From: an uncultured Fibrobacteria bacterium
GTDB lineage: Bacteria; Fibrobacterota; Fibrobacteria; UBA11236
Assembly (NCBI GenBank): GCA_963716395.1
Contig: OY970309.1
Location: 1,696,001 to 1,760,000 of the forward strand
Length of the DNA: 64,000 nucleotides
Reading direction: 5' to 3'
The position numbers and the translations under genes are program-made. The stretch's first letter is position 1; each line of letters begins with the position of its first letter. The notes under the pieces are model-generated. The model had not been told where the DNA came from and searched no databases. It saw only the letters and a program-made list of their open reading frames with translations. This document shows, piece by piece, positions 20,505 through 28,451 of the stretch.

Positions 20505-20589
20505 CTCATCCCGACGGAGTTCGCCGTTTGTGGCAGACCCCGTCCGGCACCCGCGCCGCCAGAGCGGCGGAATGCCTGCTAAAAAGTAA

Positions 20590-20618
20590 AATGTAGTAGC
20601 TTTTGGCGAGCATGCCAA
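20590..20618 (-). promoter_or_regulatory. Sigma70-type promoter of the rimP-nusA-infB operon
   Basis: TTGGCA-17 bp-TACATT. Confidence 0.6.
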
Positions 20619-20649
20619 GCCGGCAAATAAGCGGAATCGAGGCGGAATT

Positions 20650-20871
20650 GTGATCGTCCTGAAAATTTTGGTCCTGTGCATCGTCGGCGCCGCCGGCATG
20701 GGCTTCAGCGTGCGCCATCTGCGGCGGAATTACCTTGAGGTGCGGGCCAAACCCCGCGGCTCGATCAAGACCATGGATTGGGTCTTCAACTACGGGCTGA
20801 GCTTTCTCTGGTTCGCCTACCTCTTCGCCTTTTTCGCCGGACTCATCGTCAATAATCTGATTCTTAAATAG
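20650..20871 (+). CDS. Small two-TM hypothetical membrane protein
   Basis: Two hydrophobic helices separated by a basic loop; fills the gap between the rimP promoter and mazG. Confidence 0.65.
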   Translation: MIVLKILVLCIVGAAGMGFSVRHLRRNYLEVRAKPRGSIKTMDWVFNYGLSFLWFAYLFAFFAGLIVNNLILK

Positions 20872-20903
20872 AATTCGGAATACGTAACTTAAAAGTTACC
20901 GAC

Positions 20904-21716
20904 TCATTCGCCAGCGGCGGGCGGCTGAGCTTTCACCCGTTCCCACAGCGCGTTCATAGCTTCGGATCTGAGCGAGGCGAAAGGGCTTCCCTGCTCCCGC
21001 GCGAGTTCTTCCATACGCCGGAAGCGCTCCATGAATTTGCGGTTGGCGTCGGCCAGCACGCGTTCGGGATCGAGATCGAAAAAGCGGCCCAAATTCACCA
21101 CGGCGAACAACAAATCTCCCAGTTCTTCGGCGGCGGCTTTCGGGTTTTCCGCCGCGGCCTGGAACTCGCGTAATTCTTCTTCGACCTTGGCCAACGGGCC
21201 TTTCCAATCGGGCCAGTCGAAGTTGGCCTTGGCGGCCCGCTTCTGGATTTTCAAGGCTTTGAGCAAGGCCGGAAGGTGGGTGGGAATTTCACCCAAGGCG
21301 CTGGCGAGCGACGATTTTTTTTCGGCCTTCTTCAACTCGTCCCATTGTTCCTGAACCTGCGCGGCTTTTTCCAGCCGGGTTTCGCCGAACACATGCGGGT
21401 GCCTGCGAACCAGTTTTTCGCATAAGCCTTGGATAACCGTCCCGACGTCGAAGCGGCGCGCTTCGGACGCCATCTGCGCATGAAACACGACTTGCAGCAG
21501 CAAATCTCCCAGCTCTTCGCGCATGTTGTCGACATCGTCGCGTTCGACGGCGTCGACGAATTCATAGGCCTCTTCGATGAGGCAGCTCAGGATGGAGGCA
21601 TGGGTTTGTTCGCGATCCCAGGGGCAGCCGTCGGGCGCGCGCAAACGCGCCATGATGCGGAGTAAATCCTCAAAAGTGTAGGCGGGAATTTCGTCAGAAT
21701 TGGAATGGGAATCCAT
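20904..21716 (-). CDS. mazG: Nucleoside triphosphate pyrophosphohydrolase MazG
   Basis: LRAPDGCPWDREQT, EEAYE, EELGDLL twice, RRHPHVF. Confidence 0.96.
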   Translation of the reverse strand: MDSHSNSDEIPAYTFEDLLRIMARLRAPDGCPWDREQTHASILSCLIEEAYEFVDAVERDDVDNMREELGDLLLQVVFHAQMASEARRFDVGTVIQGLCEKLVRRHPHVFGETRLEKAAQVQEQWDELKKAEKKSSLASALGEIPTHLPALLKALKIQKRAAKANFDWPDWKGPLAKVEEELREFQAAAENPKAAAEELGDLLFAVVNLGRFFDLDPERVLADANRKFMERFRRMEELAREQGSPFASLRSEAMNALWERVKAQPPAAGE

Positions 21717-21878
21717 GGGGTTTCACAGCGGAAGGGGGAAGAAGCGAAGATAATAGAAGCGGCCTTGAAAATCTCCGATCTTCAAGCTGCCTTTCAATTT
21801 TGGCGGGAATTCGCCAAAGGCAGCCAACCGTGAATTGGTTCGCCGTTGGATTTCTGGCCCGAGAAGTCAAATTCAATC

Positions 21879-21907
21879 TTGATATCTGCTCAAACGTTCA
21901 GTACCAT
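21879..21907 (+). promoter_or_regulatory. Sigma70 promoter predicting a leaderless dprA transcript
   Basis: TTGATA-17 bp-TACCAT-6 nt-ATG, no SD. Confidence 0.6.
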
Positions 21908-21913
21908 TTTCGC

Positions 21914-23095
21914 ATGGAATCGTCGCCCGCTTGGGTGTTTTCAGCAGAAGAACAAATTCTGTTGGGTTGTCTGGCTACGCAGGCCGGCCTGGGATACGTT
22001 GGCTTGAGCCGGCTTTTATCGGCGTTTTCTTTGCCCGGCAACATCTACAAAACCGGGGAGCGGGATTTGCTTGCGGCCAGTCCGGGGCTGTCGGTAGTTC
22101 AGGTGAAGGCGATTCGGCGGGGGCCGGATGCGGGTGCCTGGCAGTCGCTTTTACAGCGCTGCCGCCGATTGGGTCAACGCCTTCTCGTCCTGGGTTCGCC
22201 GGAATATCCGCGTTCCATCGCCGCGCTGCGCGCGCCTCCTCCGCTGCTTTTCGCCCAAGGCGAAGCGGGGTTTCCCGATGAAAGTCAGTCCGTGGCCATG
22301 GTGGGTACACGCCGGCCCACGGAATATGGGCGCCGTGCGGCGTATACTTTGGCGCGCGATCTGGCCCAAGCTGGCGTGACCATCATCTCGGGAATGGCCG
22401 CGGGTATCGACGCTGCAGCCCATGCCGGAGCCTTGGACGGCGCGGGCCAAACGCTGGCGGTTGTGGGTTGCGGGCTCGATATTCTTTATCCGCCCGAGAA
22501 TGCCGATTTGCGCCAACGCCTGTTATCCCGCGGCGCCCTGCTTTCCGAGTTCGCGCCGGGAACGCCCCCACGCCGCGGCCACTTTCCGCGCCGCAACCGC
22601 CTGCTCAGTGCCTTGGCGCGCGCGGTGATCGTGGTCGAAGCCGGAACGCGCAGCGGAGCGCTGATCACCGCGGCCTTCGCGCGCGACCAGGGCAAAGCGT
22701 TGTTCGCCGTTCCCGGATCCATTTTCAATCCTGCGGCCGCGGGTGCGCATGCCTTGCTGCGCCGGGGCGCGCGGCCGGCCGCTTCGGCGTCCGAGGTCTT
22801 GCAGGCCTGGGGAGAGAATAATCCGCGCTCCGTAGAAAAGGCGGGGGATTTGCGGCGTACGTTGACCACTTCCGATCGCGACGCGAAGGGGCAAGGGCAA
22901 CATCCCGTGTTGTCCCTGTGGCGCGGCGAGGAGGTTTGCGCTTTGGACGCCCTGGAAGAACGCGCGCAATCTGCGGGCCGGGAATTGCAAATGCGCGGCA
23001 TGGGATCGCTATTGCATGCTTTATTGCAATTGGAGATGCAGGGTTTGATCGAGCGGTTGCCCGGGTCGTTTTATCGCAATAAATCGGCATTGTGA
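21914..23095 (+). CDS. dprA: DNA-processing protein DprA
   Basis: VAMVGTR, ISGMAAGIDAAAH, FPRRNRLLSAL, VEAGTRSGALITA, AVPGSI. Confidence 0.95.
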   Translation: MESSPAWVFSAEEQILLGCLATQAGLGYVGLSRLLSAFSLPGNIYKTGERDLLAASPGLSVVQVKAIRRGPDAGAWQSLLQRCRRLGQRLLVLGSPEYPRSIAALRAPPPLLFAQGEAGFPDESQSVAMVGTRRPTEYGRRAAYTLARDLAQAGVTIISGMAAGIDAAAHAGALDGAGQTLAVVGCGLDILYPPENADLRQRLLSRGALLSEFAPGTPPRRGHFPRRNRLLSALARAVIVVEAGTRSGALITAAFARDQGKALFAVPGSIFNPAAAGAHALLRRGARPAASASEVLQAWGENNPRSVEKAGDLRRTLTTSDRDAKGQGQHPVLSLWRGEEVCALDALEERAQSAGRELQMRGMGSLLHALLQLEMQGLIERLPGSFYRNKSAL

Positions 23096-23203
23096 AATGC
23101 CCGTTTGCCGTGGGACAACAACTTCGCCGGGCGCGGTGAAACCTCCGCAGTCATGTGGGCAGCGGGTCGATTTGCAGTTATTCCGCATTACTTTTAACCC
23201 CAG

Positions 23204-23509
23204 ATGAAAAAGTCCCGGTTCCGGTTGCGCTGGATTTTGCTTGCGGTGGCGGTCGTGGTTTTATACCGCTTGTTCGCCGGTCCCACAGGATTCTTGAAAT
23301 TGGCGGAACTTCGGCGGCAGCGGCAAACGCAGGCGCGAATGATGGATAGCCTTGCCACGCGGCAACGCGAATTGGAAATCGAAAAGCAAAAGTTGCTGAC
23401 CGACTCCGCTTATCTGGAAAAAGTCGCGCGCCAGGAATTGGGCATGGCCAAGCCGGGCGAAAAAGTCTATCGCTTCATCCAACCCGATAGCGTCCGACGC
23501 GATCCCTGA
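23204..23509 (+). CDS. ftsB: FtsB/DivIC septum formation initiator family protein
   Basis: N-terminal TM, coiled coil, YLEKVARQELGMAKPGEKVY. Confidence 0.85.
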   Translation: MKKSRFRLRWILLAVAVVVLYRLFAGPTGFLKLAELRRQRQTQARMMDSLATRQRELEIEKQKLLTDSAYLEKVARQELGMAKPGEKVYRFIQPDSVRRDP

Positions 23510-23517
23510 GCCAGAGC

Positions 23518-23553
23518 AAAAAAACCTCTTTCGGATCGCTCCGAAAGAGGTTT
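23518..23553 (-). terminator. Intrinsic terminator between convergent ftsB and HTH-PAS genes (possibly bidirectional)
   Basis: Perfect 14-bp stem aaacctctttcgga/tccgaaagaggttt with an A7 run on the left. Confidence 0.8.
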
Positions 23554-23578
23554 GCGTCAACGTTGCGCGGAACGAATT

Positions 23579-24127
23579 TTATTTCTTCGGCTTTTCTTTG
23601 CAAGCGATGGCGTAACCCGCCAGCATGCCGTCCATGTAAAAGCGCGAAACGGTCAAAATCGAATTCAGGTTTTTGCCGTAGCGGGCCTCCTGCTGGGCTT
23701 CAAATTGCAGCGACTTGTCCTGCCACGGCGCCCGCACCAGCGATTCTAGCGAAGCTTCGCTGCCGACCACCCGGGACACCAGTTTCCCTAGCGGTTTGCC
23801 GAGCATTTCCACCTGGGTATGCCCGTAAAGTTGGCGAGCCGCTTCATTCCAACCGATGATGCGCAAATCGGGATCGGTGATCACCACCGCCGGGCCGCTG
23901 AGGCTGCGGTTATGCGTGATGGCCCGCGCCGTGCGCGCGTAGATTTCTTCGTCGAGAGCTTCGGGTGAAATTCCAATCTCCTCGACATAGCGCATGACCG
24001 CTTCTTCCGTAAGGCGGCGAGGACCCCGGCCGATGCGTTCGTACGGCATGCGTCCCTGGTCCAGCCAGTTGATTACGGTTTGCGCGGAGACATGGAACAA
24101 TTTTGCCACTTCTCCAGTCGTCAACAT
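23579..24127 (-). CDS. Excisionase-like (HTH_17/MerR-type) HTH fused to a PAS domain
   Basis: MLTTGEVAKLFHVSAQTVINWLDQG...GPRRL; PAS-like AVVITDPDLRIIGWNEAARQLYGHTQVEMLGKPL. Confidence 0.8.
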   Translation of the reverse strand: MLTTGEVAKLFHVSAQTVINWLDQGRMPYERIGRGPRRLTEEAVMRYVEEIGISPEALDEEIYARTARAITHNRSLSGPAVVITDPDLRIIGWNEAARQLYGHTQVEMLGKPLGKLVSRVVGSEASLESLVRAPWQDKSLQFEAQQEARYGKNLNSILTVSRFYMDGMLAGYAIACKEKPKK

Positions 24128-24333
24128 TGCTTCAAACTCCTCAGCTTCGCCTGACGCTCATGCGGTGCGGAAGGCCGAACTTTCAATGGGCTTATTATTG
24201 CAGTCTTCATAGGATTTTTCAATGAGTTTCTTTTTTGAGGCTGGGAGAGTTTTTCCGCTCGTCCCGTCGCAACGAGCGTTGCGCCGGATGCTTCGGTGCT
24301 ATAATCCATCGAGAATACGGACACTTATAACAA

Positions 24334-25314
24334 ATGAGCAGCCGCGAAATCCCGGTTTATTTTGTCGGAGCCGATCCCGCTCTGGCGGAGCGTCTGCAAC
24401 ATTGCTATGAAAGCATTGAATGGGACCCGGAATACCATGTGCGCCCCGTTTTCCACTCCCTGACGCGGCACCAGGCCGATTCGGGCCTGCCGGCCCGGGG
24501 CGAAGGCCTGGTTTTCATCGAAACCAGCGACGACGTGGTGGAAGAATCGGCCCTCATCCTGTATTTGCAGCAGCGCAATCCCCGCCTGCAACTGGTGCTG
24601 CTGGCCGAAGACGATATCGATTATTTCAAAGTGGCCAGCCGGGGCCACATAGGGAATATCCTCAAGAAAGGGCGATTCGACGCCTCGGTGGTGCGGGCGT
24701 TAACGGTGCGGTTGGCGACGGGAAACATATTCGGATTCGCTCCTTATTTCCCCAACGGATATTCCCTCGGGCCGCTTATCCGCACCTATGCCGGAACCGT
24801 GGATCTCGCCGAGTTGATCCAGGACACCTACGAGTTTTTCGGGGAATGCGTTCCCGAGGAGAATCAACTCCACTTTCGCATGTTTCTGCATGAATTGCTG
24901 AGCAATACCTTCGCCTACGCCATCGGCGGAATTTCGCCCGATGAGCGCGATCAGCTCGGCGCGCAGCCCCCGCCCCGTCTTTTCATTCCCGACCGCAAGG
25001 GCATCAAGGTGAGCTTGGCCGCCGACGCCGAAAAGGTCGGCGTGTCGGTGCAGGATTCCACCGGAAATCTGAGCCTGTTGCGGGTGTTGGAAAAGTTGCG
25101 CCGCCAGTCGCGTATCGGCGGCGAAACGGCTCCGCCCGGTTTGCTCGACGAAACCGGACGCGGCATTTCGCTGGTGTACCGTTATAGCCGCCTCATCGTG
25201 AACATTCTGCGTGGGGTCCGCACCGAAACGATATTCCTGCAATACCACCGCGAAGAGATGAACCGTTACGAAAGCATCATCGTCACTGAAGTGGCGCCGC
25301 TGCAAGTTTCGTAA
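24334..25314 (+). CDS. Atypical receiver-like domain + HATPase_c (anti-sigma/kinase-like) protein
   Basis: N-box-like LHELLSNTFAY, G1-like VQDSTGNL, G2-like TGRGISLV; extended -10 TGcTATAAT at 24297-24305. Confidence 0.6.
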   Translation: MSSREIPVYFVGADPALAERLQHCYESIEWDPEYHVRPVFHSLTRHQADSGLPARGEGLVFIETSDDVVEESALILYLQQRNPRLQLVLLAEDDIDYFKVASRGHIGNILKKGRFDASVVRALTVRLATGNIFGFAPYFPNGYSLGPLIRTYAGTVDLAELIQDTYEFFGECVPEENQLHFRMFLHELLSNTFAYAIGGISPDERDQLGAQPPPRLFIPDRKGIKVSLAADAEKVGVSVQDSTGNLSLLRVLEKLRRQSRIGGETAPPGLLDETGRGISLVYRYSRLIVNILRGVRTETIFLQYHREEMNRYESIIVTEVAPLQVS

Positions 25315-25362
25315 CCGCGTGGAATTTTTATTTATGCGGGTATGGGGAAGCTGCGGAGGTCT

Positions 25363-26250
25363 ATGCCGGCAAACAGTGCAGCTCCCGGAGGCGCCGCGCC
25401 CGCCGATTTGGCCCGCCTGCAAGCGTGGTTCGGCCGCGCCGTCTCGCGCCATCTGCTGGAGGGCAATGCCACCAATCCCGCGGGCATCGAGGGTGCGTGG
25501 TTGGCCGACGAGGCCGGCGCCCGGGTGCGAGCCGCCAACGGCGTCGACGGCTTGGAACGCGTGGCCATTTACAACCGCCAATACTGGTTCCGGCTGATCG
25601 ACTGCATGCAGCGGGAGTATCCCTGCGGCGTGCATGTGCTCGGTCTCGACCCCTTTAATCTTTGGGTGATCCGTTACCTCGAAGCGCATCCCAGCCGATC
25701 GCCCTACCTGGCCGATCTCGACGCGGGGTTCGCCGATTTCGTCGCCGCACGCCACCAAGGTCGCGATCCGGAAATGGTGATCGAAGCGTTGCGCTATGAT
25801 CGCGCTTTCTCGCGCACCTTCGACGCCCCGCCGGGCCGACCGTTGCGTCTGCAAGGCCTGGAACAGGCGCGTTTGCAACTGTCTCCGACGTGCGTTCCGC
25901 TCTGGCTGCATTGGGATTTCCAGGCCTATCGCAGTCTATGCCGCGCCGATGCCGCGTTAACCGCCGTGTTACCGCTGGCCGCCAAAGAACACGGAGTGGT
26001 GGTGTACCGGCAAGATCAGGGCGTGCACGAAAAGCCGGTTTCGCACGCGGCCTTTTTGCTGCTCGACGCCTTGCGCACGCCATGCACCCTGGCCGATTTG
26101 TTCGCGTCGCTGGAACCCCGGCTGTCACGCGCCGCCGGGGAAGAAATCGCCGGACACCTGACCGAGTGGTTCCGGGTGTGGGTGGAACGCGGTTGGCTAT
26201 GCGCGGCCGACGGCTCCGTGGATACCGCCGAGTCCTTCGGTACCATCTAG
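25363..26250 (+). CDS. DUF2063 (HvfC/BufC-like N-terminal domain) protein
   Basis: LARLQAWF...ERVAIYNRQYWFRLIDCMQREYP...YLEAHPSRSPYL pattern; GGAGGT SD. Confidence 0.75.
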   Translation: MPANSAAPGGAAPADLARLQAWFGRAVSRHLLEGNATNPAGIEGAWLADEAGARVRAANGVDGLERVAIYNRQYWFRLIDCMQREYPCGVHVLGLDPFNLWVIRYLEAHPSRSPYLADLDAGFADFVAARHQGRDPEMVIEALRYDRAFSRTFDAPPGRPLRLQGLEQARLQLSPTCVPLWLHWDFQAYRSLCRADAALTAVLPLAAKEHGVVVYRQDQGVHEKPVSHAAFLLLDALRTPCTLADLFASLEPRLSRAAGEEIAGHLTEWFRVWVERGWLCAADGSVDTAESFGTI

Positions 26251-26251
26251 G

Positions 26252-27517
26252 TTACTTTCCGATACCGTTGAGCACCGATTCGAAAAAGGCGCGCGCCTCA
26301 GCGGCATTGCCCGGATGCGCGTGCAACGGCAGCGTCCGATCACCCTCCCAGGCGTTTTCGATTTGCAGGTCCAGATTCGAAAGCACCCGGATCAGCAGAT
26401 TGGAGGCCGCCACCTGCATGTCTTCGGATCCATCCATACGCAGCAGCATCAGGCGGTTGGCACCGGCCGGAAATTCGCGCAAGGCGGGATCGACGCCGAT
26501 CCAGGCGCCGTCCAGAAAGGCTTCGGCCCAGGCATGCCCGATGAATACGCCGCGCCTTAGGGTGGCGAAGCCCAGCGCGACCCGGGCGGGAATGCCGCAG
26601 GCCCGCAGCAGGGCCGCGGTGAGCACCGCGGCTTCGGAGCAATCGCCCTGCATGTCGCGCATCACGGCGCGACTGGTACCGAACAGCGAGGCGCCCAGAC
26701 GAAACCTGAAAGTTTCGGTAACATAGGTGTAAATCCTGGAGGCAATGGCCGAATCCGAAGCGGCGCCGCGGCGCAACGTGGCGGCCTCGGCTTGCAGCAA
26801 AGAGTCGCCGAGATCGAGATAGGGGCAGGAGGCCAGATCGACGGCCAAGGAATCGGGGATGGGAACGCGTTGATGCGGCAGGGATGGGACCTGGGTTTCA
26901 ACCTCGGCCCAGGCGCGGCCCCGGCGCAGCACCTTCTGCCCGGGGCCCTGCGGCAGGCGAGGTAATGAGTCGCCGCTGCGCAGCGAGACGCGCAGGCGCA
27001 GCCGGGTGGCTTCGCGGTCTTCCGGCGCGCGGCGCGACACCGGAAACAGGCCGCTGTCGGGGGCTACGGAGCCCGCTTCGAGTGCGCCGCTTCGCGCGAC
27101 AAGCGGGGCGCCGGCACCTTTGAGTTCCTCGAACTCGGCCACCCGCCAGCCTTCGGGCCGCCGGTACAAATGCACGGCTTGCACCGAATGCAGACTGTCC
27201 ATTCCCATCACCGGCTTCCGGAAGACGGCGTCGGAGACATCTTTCAATACGCACCATCGCCCCGCCTGTTTTTGTTCGACCACGGTGTCACGGCTTTTGG
27301 TGCTGTCGAGAAAGGGATCGATTTTCTGCTCGGCTTCCAGCATGAATCCGAACAGGCGCAGGGCGGTGCCCGTGCATAAAGCTCGCGCGCCGGCGGTGTC
27401 GTTCGTGTCCATCAAAGAGTCAAGGCGCTGGAACACCTGCAGCGGGGTCAAGGTGTCGGGCGAAACCGCCACCACGCGAACCGCCGTCAGCGTCAGGGCA
27501 AGGAGCAAAAAGCGCAT
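26252..27517 (-). CDS. Secreted transglutaminase-like domain protein
   Basis: Signal peptide; triad motifs GDCSEAAVLTAALLRACGIPAR, HAWAE, GVDP. Confidence 0.85.
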   Translation of the reverse strand: MRFLLLALTLTAVRVVAVSPDTLTPLQVFQRLDSLMDTNDTAGARALCTGTALRLFGFMLEAEQKIDPFLDSTKSRDTVVEQKQAGRWCVLKDVSDAVFRKPVMGMDSLHSVQAVHLYRRPEGWRVAEFEELKGAGAPLVARSGALEAGSVAPDSGLFPVSRRAPEDREATRLRLRVSLRSGDSLPRLPQGPGQKVLRRGRAWAEVETQVPSLPHQRVPIPDSLAVDLASCPYLDLGDSLLQAEAATLRRGAASDSAIASRIYTYVTETFRFRLGASLFGTSRAVMRDMQGDCSEAAVLTAALLRACGIPARVALGFATLRRGVFIGHAWAEAFLDGAWIGVDPALREFPAGANRLMLLRMDGSEDMQVAASNLLIRVLSNLDLQIENAWEGDRTLPLHAHPGNAAEARAFFESVLNGIGK

Positions 27518-27698
27518 GGTTTTTTTCCGGGAGGTCGTAGGTTATCTGGCGGGGCCGGATGGGAGGAAGTTAATTTATGGACCCCATGGGATCGGCAGAC
27601 GGGCATCGGTTCACAATCCGTTGGGTACGGACGATCTCCGCAGTACCTGTCTTCGCGGGGGAACGGTGCGCCCTTTCGGCGGTATAAGGTGATTTCCA

Positions 27699-27727
27699 TT
27701 GACTCCCTGGCTTCCGAAGCGCAGAAT
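27699..27727 (+). promoter_or_regulatory. Sigma70-type promoter for the peptidase/ligase operon
   Basis: TTGACT-17 bp-CAGAAT. Confidence 0.55.
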
Positions 27728-27745
27728 TCAGAGCATCCCGTGAAC

Positions 27746-28432
27746 ATGGATCTCTCCGTCTCGGCCCAACCCGACGATGAAAGCTGCGGTATCACCTGCC
27801 TGCAGGCCATTTACCGCTATTACGGCCGGGAGATTTCTCTGGAGGCGCTTAAGCGGGAAGTCGTGCATTGGCAAACCGGGGGGACCGTGGGTGTGAACCT
27901 GGGCCGGCATGCGTTGACGCATGGCTATACGGCCGAGATCTACACCTATAACATCAAGGTGTTCGATCCCACCTGGCGCTCGCTGCCGGCGGCAGCCTTG
28001 CGCACCAAACTCAAGCTGCGCCAAAGCCGCATCCGCAGTCACCGCCAGAAAAAAATGATCGGCTTCTACCTCGAATTCCTGCGCCTGGGCGGGCACCTGC
28101 GATTCGACGACCTCGACGAAAGCCTGATGCAGCGCCTGTTCGACGCCGGGCTGCCCGTGATCTGCGGTCTGTCGGCCACCTACCTCTACCAATCGGTGCG
28201 CGAGTTGCCGAACGGTCAGGAAAACGACGTCACCGGGCATCCCGTCGGGCATTTCGTGATCGTGTCGGCCTACGACGCCGGTTCGCGCGAAGTGCGCATT
28301 CAGGATCCGTTGCGGCGCATCCCCCTGGCCGTCACCGGCACCTATTCGCTGCCCTTTCAGAAGTTCAGCAACGCCGTGATGCTGGGCATTCAAACTTATG
28401 ACGCCAACCTGCTCGTGATCGGCCGACCATGA
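27746..28432 (+). CDS. Papain-fold C39-like peptidase
   Basis: QPDDESCGITCL (Cys), GHFVIV (His), QDP (Asp); start may be GTG 27740. Confidence 0.82.
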   Translation: MDLSVSAQPDDESCGITCLQAIYRYYGREISLEALKREVVHWQTGGTVGVNLGRHALTHGYTAEIYTYNIKVFDPTWRSLPAAALRTKLKLRQSRIRSHRQKKMIGFYLEFLRLGGHLRFDDLDESLMQRLFDAGLPVICGLSATYLYQSVRELPNGQENDVTGHPVGHFVIVSAYDAGSREVRIQDPLRRIPLAVTGTYSLPFQKFSNAVMLGIQTYDANLLVIGRP

Positions 28433-28451
28433 TTCGGCAGGCTTCCAAGAC

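Noticed and set aside
20505-20580. Possible tRNA (metY-like position) or SRP RNA upstream of rimP
   Set aside because: No TTCRA T-loop, cloverleaf, CCA end or SRP GGAA loop motif
23579-24127. Prophage or ICE excisionase
   Set aside because: The HTH is fused to PAS, and there are no integrase, phage or conjugation genes nearby
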